A DNA stretch of 64,000 bases. Source: Candidatus Shapirobacteria bacterium (GTDB taxonomy: Bacteria; Patescibacteriota; Microgenomatia; UBA12405). The stretch is taken from positions 96,136 to 160,135 of the forward strand of contig JALHFY010000001.1 of the NCBI GenBank assembly GCA_022837635.1, read 5' to 3'. This document shows positions 29,193 through 40,954 of the stretch, in pieces (the stretch's first letter is position 1; each line of letters begins with the position of its first letter). The position numbers and the translations under genes are program-made. The notes below the pieces were generated by a model. The model had not been told where the DNA came from and ran no database searches. It saw nothing but the letters and a program-made list of their open reading frames with translations.

Positions 29193-29998
29193 AAAAAATA
29201 TTAGTAGCATTGGTTATTTTTATATCTCTATTTTTACTGATTAAAAGAGCTTGGCGAGAGGGGGATAGAGTAGTGGGACTAGTAGCACCAGAGGGGGTGG
29301 GAGTGGTGTCGATATCACCTTTGAGAGGGATGGTGAATGTATTAAAAGTGGCTCCAGAAGTGGAATTGTGGTTTCCAGGAGGGATGGGTTGGTATGCGGC
29401 TGATAGGGTGGAAAAGATTTATGATCAAGGTAAACAAGAAAAGTTGGTTAAAGAGATGTTTTTTTATAATTTTGGAATTTATCCAGAAGTGATTATGCCG
29501 GTAGTTAAAATTGATGAGTGGAGAAATACAACAAGATTTTGGAAACATTTGGGTTTGATAGAAAGTGGTCGTTTTTGGTTAGAACAGAGTAATTGGCTGT
29601 TGAAAACGGAGTTGATAAACACTAATTTATTGGTAAAAAAGGAAGAACTTGATGATATTTTGGCTCGTGATTTTGCTAGAGCTGATCTCTTGGAAAAGAA
29701 TTTAAGAGTGACAGTTAAAAACAGTAGCGGTGAAAATGCCTTGGGGGCTTTTGTGGCGGATCGCTTGAATTGGTTGGGATATAACGTGGTGGCAGTGGAA
29801 AATGACATAGTTAAAGATGGTTGTGAAGTGGTCAGTCAAGGGGGTGATTTGACCAAAGATCATGCGGATTTTTTGGCAAAAATGTTTGGTTGTTCTCAGG
29901 TGAGTAATCAGACTTTATTGCCTGAGGAATTAATGCTTAATCCGGGTAAAAATTATGCCTCAATGATAAAATATAATAGTTATGTCAGGGCATTCTAA
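29189..29998 (+). CDS. LCP/LytR C-terminal domain protein
   Basis: N-terminal TM; VTVKNSSG...LG..VA..L...GY.V. Confidence 0.65.
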   Translation: MKKILVALVIFISLFLLIKRAWREGDRVVGLVAPEGVGVVSISPLRGMVNVLKVAPEVELWFPGGMGWYAADRVEKIYDQGKQEKLVKEMFFYNFGIYPEVIMPVVKIDEWRNTTRFWKHLGLIESGRFWLEQSNWLLKTELINTNLLVKKEELDDILARDFARADLLEKNLRVTVKNSSGENALGAFVADRLNWLGYNVVAVENDIVKDGCEVVSQGGDLTKDHADFLAKMFGCSQVSNQTLLPEELMLNPGKNYASMIKYNSYVRAF

Positions 29999-30698
29999 AT
30001 GGGCTAATATTAAAAACCGAAAAGGGGCTCAGGATAAAAAGAGAAGTGAAGCTTTTACCAAAGTTTCCAAGGATATTTTAACGGCGATTCGAGAAGGAGG
30101 GGGTAATAGTAATCCAGACTCAAATTCAGCTTTACGGGTAGCGATTGAAAAATCCAGGGCAGTAAATATGCCCAAGGAAAATATTGACAGATTATTGAAA
30201 AGATTTGAAGAGAGAAAAAATAATTTGAGCAGTGGTTTATTGGAGGCCTTTGGTCCCTTTGGAGTACCAATGATGATTGAGTTTGAGACAGATAATAAAA
30301 ATCGGATTTTAGGGGAAGTGAAGTTAATTTTGCGAAATTTTGACGGAAACTTAGGGGAAAGTGGTAGTGTAGCTTTTATGTTTGAGAGGGTAGGGGAGAT
30401 AGAGACGGAAAAAGATTTGGATGAGGAGACAGAGTTATTTTTAATTGATACTGGAGTGATTGATATAGATAATCGAAAAATATTGACTAAAAGTGAGGAT
30501 TTAAGTCGAATTAAATCAGTGATGATGGAAAAGGGGATAGCTATAGAAAGTGCAGGTCTAATTTACCGAGTATTAAACCCGATTAAATTAAATTCTGAGG
30601 AAGAATTGGATAAAATTTTAGATTTAATTGAAGAACTGGAAGGAAATGAAGACATAGTTAATGTCTTTGCCGGTTTTGATTATGAACAAAAGACTTAA
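29982..30698 (+). CDS. yebC: YebC/PmpR family protein
   Basis: MSGHSKWANIK, NMPKENI, ETDNKNR, GSVAFMF. Confidence 0.95.
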   Translation: MSGHSKWANIKNRKGAQDKKRSEAFTKVSKDILTAIREGGGNSNPDSNSALRVAIEKSRAVNMPKENIDRLLKRFEERKNNLSSGLLEAFGPFGVPMMIEFETDNKNRILGEVKLILRNFDGNLGESGSVAFMFERVGEIETEKDLDEETELFLIDTGVIDIDNRKILTKSEDLSRIKSVMMEKGIAIESAGLIYRVLNPIKLNSEEELDKILDLIEELEGNEDIVNVFAGFDYEQKT

Positions 30699-31470
30699 AC
30701 ATTTTATCGCTTCATTAATCGGTGCTGGGGCTTTTGCGATGTATTTATCATTACCAATAGAATCAAGTTATTATGGTTTGTTGGTATTGTTGGCGATGGT
30801 AGCTTTTTTGTTTTGGTTTGGTTTGGGGATAATTTTTGAAGGTAGTGTAGATACTAAGATTATGGTGATTCTGTTGCCAGGGCTGTGGACCATAGGTTTT
30901 GGTTTATTCGCTTCTCTATTACCAAATACGCCAGTATATATTACTGGTTCTAGCCTGTTTTTCGGTTTAATTTTATATACGCTGTTTTTAGTAAATAACG
31001 TGTTTTTAGTGGCGATTGGTTATAAAACAGTACCTTTGTATCGGGCAGCTTATACAGTGAGTCTGATTATTTTATTGTTGGCGGCTTTTTTCCTTTTTGA
31101 TTCTCTTTTTTCTTTTAAGTTGCCTTTTTGGGGAAACATGTTGGTGACTTTGGTGATAGCTTTAATGTTGTTTACCAATAATTACTGGAATATAGCGATA
31201 GAATTACCTGATGATGGTAAAGAGAAGGGGAGATGGCCTTATATTATAGTGCCCAGTGTAGTACTGTCTGAACTTATAGGAATACTGTCTTTTTGGCCTG
31301 TAGGAATTTTTAGAGGTTCTGTCTATCTGGTAGTGGTTATATACATAATTTCTGCCTTAATACAGGCAGAAATTAGAGATCGACTGTTTAAGGGAGTAGT
31401 ACGAACTTTTGTTTATATGACCATAGGAGCGCTACTGGCGATGATTTTAACTACCAGGTGGGGTGGATAA
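30682..31470 (+). CDS. Multi-pass membrane protein of unknown function
   Basis: ~9 hydrophobic segments, NVFLVA...VPLYRAA. Confidence 0.75.
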   Translation: MNKRLKHFIASLIGAGAFAMYLSLPIESSYYGLLVLLAMVAFLFWFGLGIIFEGSVDTKIMVILLPGLWTIGFGLFASLLPNTPVYITGSSLFFGLILYTLFLVNNVFLVAIGYKTVPLYRAAYTVSLIILLLAAFFLFDSLFSFKLPFWGNMLVTLVIALMLFTNNYWNIAIELPDDGKEKGRWPYIIVPSVVLSELIGILSFWPVGIFRGSVYLVVVIYIISALIQAEIRDRLFKGVVRTFVYMTIGALLAMILTTRWGG

Positions 31471-31790
31471 AATAAGATAAATAAATAAAAAACATACCTG
31501 TCTTCGCAAAAAAAAAGCTATGGCATGGCGAAGTAGGGAAGTGGGGGAGGATTTTCACGATATATCCTATAATTTTCATGAATATTATAGGACAGGGTAG
31601 TGATATAGTATGATATAGTTTGTGTGGAAAACTCAAATTGGCAGCAATAGATCATTTTTGCCGATGAGAGTGGTCCGGGGAGAGGGCTATGAGTCAAGAT
31701 TATATTAAATGAAATAAAAAGACATTGGTGTAAGACAAGAGAGAAGATAAAAGACGGTTATCCCCCTGTGGAGGGGAAGTGAAAAATACT

Positions 31791-31818
31791 ATGTCGCACA
31801 ATGTATCTTTTACGACGT
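31791..31818. other. dif-like Xer recombination site
   Basis: 11-6-11 layout atgtcgcacaa-tgtatc-ttttacgacgt; imperfect inverted arms; spacer resembles E. coli dif TGTATA; ~300 nt upstream of xer. Confidence 0.65.
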
Positions 31819-32122
31819 TATGTAAAAGAGAAGTGGAGGGGAGTGGCTGGGATCCTGTGTTTTGGATTTTTTATTTTTTATCTTTATTATTGGTGATTTT
31901 ATTGAGAGCTTATTAAATAAAGGCACTTTTACTCTCCTATTAGCTGTCTGTTGCCTGAGAAAAGTTTAGGCTTAAAAGCTCCTCTTGACTCCCCCAGCCT
32001 CTTTTTTTTTGGATTTATTTTAATACGTGATAAATTTTGCCTATTTATAGGTAAAATTTATATATGACTTCACCAGAGGCCCGTAAACGAACGTTTATGA
32101 CTTTTCTGTGCTAGGATTAACT

Positions 32123-33067
32123 ATGGATTTGGATTTGAACACAGCTATTAGGCGTTTTTTGGAACATTTGGAAATAGAAAAGAACTGCTCAAAGCTGACA
32201 GTGAGAAATTATCAACATTATCTGTCGGTGTTAGAAAGGTACTTTCAAAGTAAAGGAATGGAAAAACCGAATGTTTCCGATATAAATCCAGAGACAGTGC
32301 GAGATTTCAGATTGTATTTATCAAGATTACCGGGAACTCACGGTGAAATGAAAGTAGTGACTCAAGGTTATTATGTGATTGCATTGAGGTCTTTTTTGAA
32401 GTGGTTGATTAAAAACGATTATGAAGTAATGCAGCCGGAAAAGATTGATGTGCCTAGAAATAAGGATCATTCTTTGAAATTTTTGAATGCTGAGCAATTA
32501 GAAAGATTACTAAATCAACCCTTACTTTCCACTAAAACTGGCTTGAGAGACAGGGCAATTTTGGAAATGCTGTTTTCCACTGGATTGCGGGTATCTGAAC
32601 TGGTGAGATTGAATCGTGAGCAAATTAACCTAAAGACACGTGAATTTGGTATTATCGGCAAAGGTGGTAAGGCTCGAGTGGTGTTTATATCCCAAAGAGC
32701 AGCGGAATATATTGATAGATACTTAAAAAGTCGGACTGATCATGATGAGGCGATGTTTATCCGTTATGGTGGAAAAAAGGAATTGACTGGTAGTTTAAGG
32801 TTGTCGGCTCGATCGGTGGAGAGGATGGTGAAGCATTATGTCAGATTAGCCAAGTTACCGATTGAGGCTACTCCCCACACCTTACGTCACTCGATGGCCA
32901 CAGACCTATTGAGAGCTGGAGCTGATTTGCGTTCGGTGCAAGAAATTTTGGGACATAAAAATATTGCTACCACTCAAATCTATACTCACGTGACTGATGC
33001 TAGATTACGTGAAGTTCATGAAAAATATCATTTAGGTAATGTGGTTGATTCAAACAAAAAAGATTAA
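32123..33067 (+). CDS. Xer-type tyrosine recombinase
   Basis: EKN.S.LT..NY, RDRAILEMLFSTGLRVSE, GKGGK, TPHTLRHS, LGH...TTQIY. Confidence 0.93.
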   Translation: MDLDLNTAIRRFLEHLEIEKNCSKLTVRNYQHYLSVLERYFQSKGMEKPNVSDINPETVRDFRLYLSRLPGTHGEMKVVTQGYYVIALRSFLKWLIKNDYEVMQPEKIDVPRNKDHSLKFLNAEQLERLLNQPLLSTKTGLRDRAILEMLFSTGLRVSELVRLNREQINLKTREFGIIGKGGKARVVFISQRAAEYIDRYLKSRTDHDEAMFIRYGGKKELTGSLRLSARSVERMVKHYVRLAKLPIEATPHTLRHSMATDLLRAGADLRSVQEILGHKNIATTQIYTHVTDARLREVHEKYHLGNVVDSNKKD

Positions 33068-33263
33068 TAGCCTATAGTCAGACCCTTTTAGCGAATCTAT
33101 GGGCAAAATTAGTTAAAATGACTCCCCTAGCCTGAATAATGGTCGATTTTTCCCTATTTTAGGTCTTTTTTGAATTTTTGAAGCTGCTTAGCAGTCACTC
33201 CCCTACTCTGCTAATAATGGAAAATATTATACGAATATCCTATAATTTTGATATAGAAATATC

Positions 33264-35918
33264 CTATATTTTTTTAGGGTTAGAGTCGGACTCAGGGTTG
33301 ACAGGTAATACAGTTAAAGTACTGACTTTATCATCGCTTTTAAGTCTCATGAGAATCACTCCTTTAGTGTTTCTGGATAAGGTAGGAATGTTTTTAAGAG
33401 GTAGTTTAATAGTAGCGGCCTTGCGACTGACAAAAAGGACTTGATCGTCATTTTCAGTGACAATAGCGGCGCCGGAGATATTGCCAGTTTTTTCAGTAAG
33501 ATGGGAAACTTTAACACCTACTCCACCGCGTTTTTGGAGAGGATAAAGATAGGCATCAGAACGTTTACCAATACCATTTTCAGTAATAGTTAAGAGATGA
33601 CGGAAAAACTTTTTACTGGTTTTTTCGGCTTTGGCAGCGGTGACACTTTGAGGCAGAACATCCAAGCCAACTAAATAATCATTTTCTTTAAGGTTAATAC
33701 CTCGAACGCCGCGGGTGTGTCGACCCATAGGACGAGCATCAGTTTCATTGAAGCGAATACATTTACCTTGATAGGTAACCATAAAAATTTGGTCATTGCC
33801 GGAGCTGAGTTTGGCCCAAATTAATTCATCGTGAGGATCAAGTTTGATGGCGGCTAGGCCGGATTGGCGAACATTTTTGAACTTATCAATAGCAGTTTTT
33901 TTGATGACACCTTTTTTAGTAGCCAGGATAATATAATTAGCGGAATGTCCCTTACTGACGGGTAAAATAGCTTGAACAGTTTCTCCTTGAATAATATTGA
34001 TTAGGTTAATAACGGCTTGACCTTTGGACTGACGACTAGATTCATTGATGTCCCAAACTTTGATTTTGAAACAGCGACCTTTGTTGGTAAAAATCAATAA
34101 ATCATCATGGGTATCGACAAAGAGCATGTTTTCGACTTCGTCTTCGGCTTTGGTAGTCATACCACTGACACCGATACCGCCACGACGTTGAGTCCGGTAG
34201 GTACCCATAGCCACTCGTTTGATATAACCACCGCGGGTAAGAGTTACTAGCGTGGCTTCATTGGGAATAAGGTCTTCGTCAGTGAAGTCTTCAAGAGATT
34301 TGGCGTAAATTTTGGTTTTACGGTCGTCACCATATTTGTTAGTAATTTCCTGGTTTTCAGCTTTTAATACAGCAATCATTTTTTCAGGTACGGTTATAAT
34401 GGCGGTGAGATTGGCAATACTTTGTTGGATATTTTGGTATTCTTCGTCAATTTTTTGACGTTCCAAACCTGAGAGCTTACGCAATTGCATATCTAAAATA
34501 GCTTGGGATTGAAGATCAGTAAAGCCGAATTTCTCCATTAATTTTAATTTAGGATCTTCATCGGCTTTAGTGGCTCTGATGGTTTTAATAACCTCGTCGA
34601 TGATATCCAAGGCTTTTTTGAAGCCTTCCAAAATATGGTTACGAAGATAAGCACTTTTAAGTTCAAAAATAGAGCGACGGCGGATGATACTTTCGCGGTG
34701 TCTAAGGAATAAAAGGAGAATTTGTCTGAGGTTGAGAGTTTGAGGAATGCCGTTGACTAAGGCTAAAATGTTGGCTGAATAGGAAGATTGAAGAGGTGTA
34801 TATTTGTAAAGTTTATTGAGAACAGCTTTAGGTTTGCCGTGCTTTTTAATTTCGGCAACAACTCGGATACCATGTCGATCGGATTCGTCTCGAAGATCGG
34901 AAATACCGATAATTTTTTTATCAGTGACCAATTGGGCGATTTTCCGAATCATTTCGGATTTATTAACTTGATATGGGATTTCGGTAATAACAATTCTGAT
35001 TTTGCCGGATTTAGTTTCTTCGATAGTGGCTTTACCGCGGAGAACAAACTTACCTCGGCCGGTGTTGTACATCTCTAAAATACCGGTTTTTCCGTAAATT
35101 TCTCCGGCGGTGGGAAAATCAGGACCGGTGACAAATTGGGCTAAATCTTCACTGGTAACAGCAGTCTCCACGTTAAAAGAAAGTCTTTCTAGATCTTTGA
35201 CCGGTTTTAAGACTATTTCCTGAGTAGTTAAGTTTTTTTCTAAGATGGGATTGATTTCTAGAGGAGCCTCTTCTTTTTCCAGAGTGCAATTATTGAGAAG
35301 ATGGTCAATTCCGGCACAAAGTTCCTTGAGATTGTGAGGTGGAATTCTGGTGGCCATACCGACAGCAATGCCATCAGCTCCGTTTAAGAGTAGATTGGGA
35401 ATGCGGGCCGGGAGAACTTCTGGTTCCTGGAGAGTAGCGTCAAAATTGTCTTTCATGGGAATAGTGTCTTTATCCAGGTCGGCAATCATTTCCGGAGCAA
35501 TTTTACTCATTTTGACCTCGGTGTAACGCATGGCAGCCGGAGGATCGCCATCAACAGAGCCAAAATTTCCTTGACCGTTAATCAGGGGATAACGCAAAGA
35601 AAAGTTTTGAGCTAAACGGACTAGGGAGCCGTAAACGGCGGCATCACCATGGGGATGGTATTTACCCAAGACTTCACCGACCACTTTAGCTGATTTAGTA
35701 AAGCGGCCGCTAGGTCCCAGATTCATTTGTTCCATGGCATAGAGAATACGACGATGAACTGGCTTAAGACCGTCTCGGATATCAGGTAAAGCTCTTTCAA
35801 CAATGACAGACATGGCATAATCCAGATAGGATTTTTCCATTTCTGGGATAATATCTACCGGAATGATTTTACCGATATTTCCAGTTGAATTGGTTTTATT
35901 AGGAGTATTGTCAGTCAT
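33264..35918 (-). CDS. gyrA: DNA gyrase subunit A
   Basis: [16 protein letters not shown], GyrA-box QRRGGIG, CTD pinwheel repeats. Confidence 0.98.
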   Translation of the reverse strand: MTDNTPNKTNSTGNIGKIIPVDIIPEMEKSYLDYAMSVIVERALPDIRDGLKPVHRRILYAMEQMNLGPSGRFTKSAKVVGEVLGKYHPHGDAAVYGSLVRLAQNFSLRYPLINGQGNFGSVDGDPPAAMRYTEVKMSKIAPEMIADLDKDTIPMKDNFDATLQEPEVLPARIPNLLLNGADGIAVGMATRIPPHNLKELCAGIDHLLNNCTLEKEEAPLEINPILEKNLTTQEIVLKPVKDLERLSFNVETAVTSEDLAQFVTGPDFPTAGEIYGKTGILEMYNTGRGKFVLRGKATIEETKSGKIRIVITEIPYQVNKSEMIRKIAQLVTDKKIIGISDLRDESDRHGIRVVAEIKKHGKPKAVLNKLYKYTPLQSSYSANILALVNGIPQTLNLRQILLLFLRHRESIIRRRSIFELKSAYLRNHILEGFKKALDIIDEVIKTIRATKADEDPKLKLMEKFGFTDLQSQAILDMQLRKLSGLERQKIDEEYQNIQQSIANLTAIITVPEKMIAVLKAENQEITNKYGDDRKTKIYAKSLEDFTDEDLIPNEATLVTLTRGGYIKRVAMGTYRTQRRGGIGVSGMTTKAEDEVENMLFVDTHDDLLIFTNKGRCFKIKVWDINESSRQSKGQAVINLINIIQGETVQAILPVSKGHSANYIILATKKGVIKKTAIDKFKNVRQSGLAAIKLDPHDELIWAKLSSGNDQIFMVTYQGKCIRFNETDARPMGRHTRGVRGINLKENDYLVGLDVLPQSVTAAKAEKTSKKFFRHLLTITENGIGKRSDAYLYPLQKRGGVGVKVSHLTEKTGNISGAAIVTENDDQVLFVSRKAATIKLPLKNIPTLSRNTKGVILMRLKSDDKVSTLTVLPVNPESDSNPKKI

Positions 35919-35922
35919 ATTT

Positions 35923-37863
35923 TTAGACATCAATATTGGCTAAATGAGCATGAGTAACGATGAATTTTTTACGGGGGGGAACTTCTTCTCCCATCAAGAC
36001 TCTGAAGACTTCGTCGGCTTTAACAGCGTCTTCAATATTGACCTGTTTTAGTTGGCGAGTTTCTGGATTCATAGTAGTTTCCCAAAGTTGTTGAGGATTC
36101 ATTTCTCCCAGACCTTTGTAACGTTGAATGTCATAACTTTTACTAGTGTCAATGCTTTGAAGATAAGCTTCTTTTTCTTCGTCAGTATAGACGTAGTGGA
36201 CGTTTTTACCTTGTTTAATGCGATAAAGTGGTGGCATGGCAATGTAGATATGGCCATTTTCAATTAAACCAGGCAGATGGCGAAAAATAAAGGTCAGAAG
36301 CAGAGTAGCGATATGGGAACCGTCAACGTCGGCGTCAGACATCAAAATCACTCGATGATAACGTAACTTTTCTAAATTAAAGGTATCCCCTATTCCGGTA
36401 CCTAAGGCAATAATAAAGTCTTTGAGTTTATCGGAGTTAACGACTTTATCCAGTCGAGCCCCTTCGGTATTTAAGGCTTTACCCCAGAGAGGTAAAATAG
36501 CTTGAAATTTACGATCACGACCTTGTTTAGCGGAACCACCGGCAGAATCCCCTTCGACAATATAGATTTCACATTCAGCCGGGTTTTTACTCTGACAATC
36601 AGCTAATTTTCCGGGAAGACCCATAGAATCAAAGGCACCTTTACGCATAATAGCGTCTTTGGCGGCTTTAGCGGCTTTACGGATTTGAATAGTTAAAAGA
36701 GCCTTACCAACAATGGTTTTGGCAGTATCAGGATGTTCCTCAAAATAAGTATCAAGTTGCTCTCTGACGATTTTAGCGACAATAGGTTGAACTTCGGAAT
36801 TACCTAGTTTACCCTTGGTCTGACCTTCAAATTGAAGATCTTTACTGCCCATTTTAATGGAAATAACAGCGGTGAGACCTTCACGAACATCGTCACCAGT
36901 GATAGTGTCATTTTTGTTTTTAATTAATTCCTTTCTTTCGGCATAATCTTTAATAGATTTGGTGAGGGCAGTCTTAAAACCAGTCAGATGGGTACCGCCT
37001 TCATGGGTGTTGATAATATTGACAAAGGAAGGAGTATTTTCTTGGAAAGAATCGTTGTATTGGATGGCAATTTCAACGTCGACACCATCACTTTCACCAT
37101 GGAGATAAATCGGCTCATGAAGGACAACTTTATTTTTATTAACTTCTCTCAGTAATGATAAAATGCCACCTTCAAAGTAATAATGATGTTCACTGTCGTG
37201 GCGTTCATCATAATAATGGAAATAAATTTTACTGGTTAAATAGGCTCGATCTTTAAGAGATTTAATAATGGTCTTGTTGTCAAAATTCAGAGTTTCCTTA
37301 AAAATTTGAGAATCGGGATAAAAGGTGGTGGTAGTGCCACTAATGGTTTTAGGAATGAGTTCGTTGATTTTGTCGATATGGGACTGATCAATAGTTTTTA
37401 GAGGTGATTTGACCTTGCCTCTGGAGAATTCTATAGATTGGATTTTACCTTCACGACGAATTTCGACTCGGAAAGTGGAAGAAAGAGCGTTGACACAAGC
37501 AGCACCGACGCCATGAAGACCACCGGAAACTTTGTAAGCAGCGCCTTCAAACTTACCACCAGAGTGGAGAGTGGTCATAATGACTTCGACGGCAGGTTTG
37601 TTGTATTTAGGCATGATATCCACTGGAATTCCCCGACCGTCATCAGCAATAGTGACGGAGTTGTCTTTATGGACAATAACCCAAACATTTTTAGCAAAAC
37701 CAGCCAGGGCCTCGTCGATAGAGTTGTCAATAATTTCTGTTAAACAGTGATGAAGTCCCCGAGTGTCAGTGGAGCCAATGTACATGGCCGGTCGTTTTCG
37801 GACCGGTTCCAGACCTTCAAGAACGATGATTTGATCAGAAGTATATTTTTGAGTATCAGACAT
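35923..37863 (-). CDS. gyrB: DNA gyrase subunit B
   Basis: [38 protein letters not shown]. Confidence 0.98.
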   Translation of the reverse strand: MSDTQKYTSDQIIVLEGLEPVRKRPAMYIGSTDTRGLHHCLTEIIDNSIDEALAGFAKNVWVIVHKDNSVTIADDGRGIPVDIMPKYNKPAVEVIMTTLHSGGKFEGAAYKVSGGLHGVGAACVNALSSTFRVEIRREGKIQSIEFSRGKVKSPLKTIDQSHIDKINELIPKTISGTTTTFYPDSQIFKETLNFDNKTIIKSLKDRAYLTSKIYFHYYDERHDSEHHYYFEGGILSLLREVNKNKVVLHEPIYLHGESDGVDVEIAIQYNDSFQENTPSFVNIINTHEGGTHLTGFKTALTKSIKDYAERKELIKNKNDTITGDDVREGLTAVISIKMGSKDLQFEGQTKGKLGNSEVQPIVAKIVREQLDTYFEEHPDTAKTIVGKALLTIQIRKAAKAAKDAIMRKGAFDSMGLPGKLADCQSKNPAECEIYIVEGDSAGGSAKQGRDRKFQAILPLWGKALNTEGARLDKVVNSDKLKDFIIALGTGIGDTFNLEKLRYHRVILMSDADVDGSHIATLLLTFIFRHLPGLIENGHIYIAMPPLYRIKQGKNVHYVYTDEEKEAYLQSIDTSKSYDIQRYKGLGEMNPQQLWETTMNPETRQLKQVNIEDAVKADEVFRVLMGEEVPPRKKFIVTHAHLANIDV

Positions 37864-38012
37864 AAAAAAGCCTCATTATAGAGGTAATTTCATTCTAACA
37901 GATTAAATTAGCTTTACAAGTGGCAAATTAGACGTAAAGATAGGCAAAATTTTAGTGAAAAACTGTATCAAATTATATCAAAAAATACCTTAAAATTTGG
38001 CCTAAACTTAGG

Positions 38013-38546
38013 TTATTTTTTAACTTTTTCCAAGGACTTGAAGGCGATAAGGGCGGTGGCTAGAAGAACATTGAGGGAAATATTGACACCATACATTGGG
38101 ATTTCAATAATTTGATTACAGAGTTTGAGATTATCGGCAGAGATGCCGGCGACTTCACTACCGGCGACGATAGCCAAAGGAAAAGGATAGTGGTAATGAC
38201 GATAGTCAACAGTGTTTGGACCTTGCTCACAGGCAATAATATGGAAGCCATCTTTTTTAAGTTGTTTGAGACAGTCGGTGGTGGAATTAAAATGTTGCCA
38301 AGGTACCCATTTCCAGGTGCCGACAGAAGCGCGATGAATTTTGAGATTGGGAGGGGTGACAGTGGGGCCACAAAGGTAGATTTTTTGGGCACCTATGGCA
38401 TCGGCTAAACGAAAAAAGGAACCGATATTGTAGGTATCTAAAACATTATCTAAAACTAAGACTAAAGGTTGGCGCGGGATTAGACGTTGTTGTTTTTGCG
38501 ACTTCCCTACCCTGCTCTGACGTAATTGGTGGGAATTGAGTTTCAT
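38013..38546 (-). CDS. TrmH/SpoU-family RNA methyltransferase
   Basis: LDNV...NIGS.FR.ADA, GSE..GI, IPM.G...SLNV. Confidence 0.92.
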   Translation of the reverse strand: MKLNSHQLRQSRVGKSQKQQRLIPRQPLVLVLDNVLDTYNIGSFFRLADAIGAQKIYLCGPTVTPPNLKIHRASVGTWKWVPWQHFNSTTDCLKQLKKDGFHIIACEQGPNTVDYRHYHYPFPLAIVAGSEVAGISADNLKLCNQIIEIPMYGVNISLNVLLATALIAFKSLEKVKK

Positions 38547-39172
38547 AATTTTTTACCTACAAATCTAATTAGATTGTCATTATCATCGTGGTATATTTTG
38601 CCATTTTCGTCAAAAATGATTATTTGATACTTATTTTCTATTAGTTGACGAAAAGATGATAGTGAGAAAAATCTTTTCTTAATACCAACAGGACTCAGAA
38701 AAAACTCTGTTTCGATTGATTTTGATTGAAGTACTTCGGGATCATTGATGGTATTTACCAGAGCAGCAAAGATACCACCTGTTTTTAGAATACGATTAAT
38801 TTCATCGAATAATTTTTTGGTGGTGGTATTGTCAAAATAATGAAGAGCTAGATGAGAATAAACAATATCAAATGAGGAGTTATTAAAAGGTAATTTTTTA
38901 CTTAAATCTACAATTTGAAAATCAATGTTTTTATCTTTTAAGTTTCTTTTAGAAAAATCCAAAGCATTGACAGCAAAATCGGTACTGGTAACTTGAAAAC
39001 CATTATCCGCAAAAAAACAACTATCTTGACTTTGGCCTGCACCAAGATCAATCAGTTTTCCTTTTTTTGGTAGTAAATTAATGATTTGTTCAGCAAAAAT
39101 AGTTGGTTTAGTTATCCAATATTTTTTATTGTATTCCCGGTGTCTTTGTTCCCAGTAATCAATTGCTTTCAT
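38543..39172 (-). CDS. Class I SAM-dependent methyltransferase
   Basis: LIDLGAGQ, LPF..SFDIVYS..LHY, ILK.GG. Confidence 0.88.
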   Translation of the reverse strand: MKAIDYWEQRHREYNKKYWITKPTIFAEQIINLLPKKGKLIDLGAGQSQDSCFFADNGFQVTSTDFAVNALDFSKRNLKDKNIDFQIVDLSKKLPFNNSSFDIVYSHLALHYFDNTTTKKLFDEINRILKTGGIFAALVNTINDPEVLQSKSIETEFFLSPVGIKKRFFSLSSFRQLIENKYQIIIFDENGKIYHDDNDNLIRFVGKKL

Positions 39173-39187
39173 AGTATATTTTACATT

Positions 39188-39214
39188 AAAAAAGCCCCGC
39201 AATGACGGGGCTTT
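39188..39214 (-). terminator. Intrinsic terminator after the thioredoxin-fold gene
   Basis: aaagccccg-6nt-cggggc followed by a T6 run on the minus strand. Confidence 0.8.
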
Positions 39215-39227
39215 GATAGTTTTTAAT

Positions 39228-40223
39228 CTAGCAACCGCCGGCTGAAGCGGCACCTTGAACTTGGTCGGTGGGAGTGTCCAGAGTGGTTTTACATTCCTTG
39301 GGAGATCGATTGAAAGAAGCGCAGACGGCCTCTTTGATAATATTTGGAGTCAATATAGGGGTATAAAGATTTTCCGTAAATATCTCTTTTCCAATTTTAA
39401 GACTGCCTGTGCCATCTTGGGTATAAGCTGATTTTGGCGGAAAGGAGACGTCATTAATGAAAACAGTAGGTGATCCAGAGACATCATTTTGAGTAGTCAG
39501 AGCAATTTCTTTTTCGATTAAACTAATCCCCTCTTTATTGAAGCATTCGGTAATTTTTTGAGTATCAAGACCAGCGGTTTTAGCTTGGGCTTCCCAGCAA
39601 ACATCAGCATTTTCATAATTGCAATTTTGGTTGATATTATCAATAAAGGTCCACCATTGATCTTTATTTTCAAGCATATTCCAGGCGCAAATTTCTCGGA
39701 TATTTTGGTTGGCTTCTTGGCGACCATGGAGAGCCGAGTACATGGTACCATTTTCAGCTTTAACGTAGTTGTTGGTATCCATACATTTGTTATAAGCGTC
39801 GGTAATAGTTTTCTTGCAGTCAGCTTCGTTTTTGAAGTAACCGTTTTGGATGTAAATAGAGCACTGATTAACATCACCGAAATTTTTACAGTAAGCTTGA
39901 AGATTATCGATTTTATTAAAAATATAGCGGGGGACAAAATCGGCTTTATCTTTGAGCAAGTCATAAACTGGGCGGAGAGAATCCTCAATTCGGTTACCCC
40001 AAGGGCAAAAGCTCATGACATAAAAGTCTAATTGGGGTTGATTAGTTTTTTTGGCAGCGAAAACTATGCTTTTACTTTTATCAATAGTGTTGGTGGTACT
40101 ATTCTTTTTCCAGGAATAACCCGAATAAAAGGAGGTGACCAATAGTAACAAAGATAAAATAGCAGCTATAGGAGTGGGAACAAAGATTCCAGATTGATTT
40201 TTAGAAGAAATATTTTTTGCCAT
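39228..40223 (-). CDS. Exported thioredoxin/DsbA-fold Cys-rich protein
   Basis: TM anchor, FYVMSFCPWG, SALHG..E, VSGSPTVFIN cis-Pro loop, ends AGGC. Confidence 0.72.
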   Translation of the reverse strand: MAKNISSKNQSGIFVPTPIAAILSLLLLVTSFYSGYSWKKNSTTNTIDKSKSIVFAAKKTNQPQLDFYVMSFCPWGNRIEDSLRPVYDLLKDKADFVPRYIFNKIDNLQAYCKNFGDVNQCSIYIQNGYFKNEADCKKTITDAYNKCMDTNNYVKAENGTMYSALHGRQEANQNIREICAWNMLENKDQWWTFIDNINQNCNYENADVCWEAQAKTAGLDTQKITECFNKEGISLIEKEIALTTQNDVSGSPTVFINDVSFPPKSAYTQDGTGSLKIGKEIFTENLYTPILTPNIIKEAVCASFNRSPKECKTTLDTPTDQVQGAASAGGC

Positions 40224-40241
40224 GTAGACATTAAAGCACAG

Positions 40242-40454
40242 TTATTTAGTCTCTTCAACAATGGAAATAGCACCCACCGGACAGGAACTCACTGCTGATT
40301 GAATACTTTCAGTGATAGTACTGGGTTGTTTTTTAACTTTGGCTTTATAGATAGTAGTATCCATTTCAAAGGTATCGGAATCGATTAAAGGACAAGTGTT
40401 ACAACCGATACAAAGGTCTTGATTGAGAAGTATTTTTGGTGCCATAGAGCTCAT
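40242..40454 (-). CDS. Single-cluster ferredoxin
   Basis: CIGCNTC...CPVGAI. Confidence 0.88.
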   Translation of the reverse strand: MSSMAPKILLNQDLCIGCNTCPLIDSDTFEMDTTIYKAKVKKQPSTITESIQSAVSSCPVGAISIVEETK

Positions 40455-40954
40455 TATAGCAGAGTGCCGTTGATGTAATCTTGGTAGAATTTGCCGGAGT
40501 CTTTGATGGCGGAGAGGAGCATAGTAATCCGGTCCAGAGCATCTTGACGGGAGAGAAATTTGAGTTTATTGGGAAAAAAGTGGAAAATTTCGTTGCGGCC
40601 ATATTTCCAAGCGTTCCAGAGTTTTTCAGCCATTTCCTCCCCACTTCGACTGAGGTCGGCCAGTTTTTGGTAAATAGAAAAACGTTTGTAACGAAGAGAA
40701 GGGTTGAGAGTTTTACCAACTCGAAAACGATCACTTTGATAATTATAATTATCAATAATCCCTAATTTAAGGAAAAAATCCTTCAAATAACCTTCATAAG
40801 CCTTGGACACTGGAGCGACTAAAAAAGAATAGTCATTAACATGGTTTTTTTTAAGATTATCAAGAACCATCAAAGCATCGTCAATCAATGCTAATTGGGA
40901 AGGGGCGAGATGTTTTTTAGCCTGTTTAATTAGGCTGGGAGAAATATCGTTCAT
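40454..40954 (-). CDS. RnlA/RNase LS C-terminal-like HEPN protein
   Basis: DYSFLV.P..KAYEG.LK and RNEIFH (R-x4-H). Confidence 0.7.
   Translation of the reverse strand: MNDISPSLIKQAKKHLAPSQLALIDDALMVLDNLKKNHVNDYSFLVAPVSKAYEGYLKDFFLKLGIIDNYNYQSDRFRVGKTLNPSLRYKRFSIYQKLADLSRSGEEMAEKLWNAWKYGRNEIFHFFPNKLKFLSRQDALDRITMLLSAIKDSGKFYQDYINGTLL

Noticed and set aside
32066-32110. Riboswitch or ncRNA upstream of xer
   Set aside because: Only a short hairpin (gtaaacg/cgtttat) with no recognisable family motif
31471-32122. oriC
   Set aside because: Only one consensus DnaA box plus weak matches, no dnaA nearby and no strand-bias switch
32123-33067. Prophage or integron integrase
   Set aside because: Sequence is XerC/D-like, with no IntI patch, attC cassettes or phage genes adjacent
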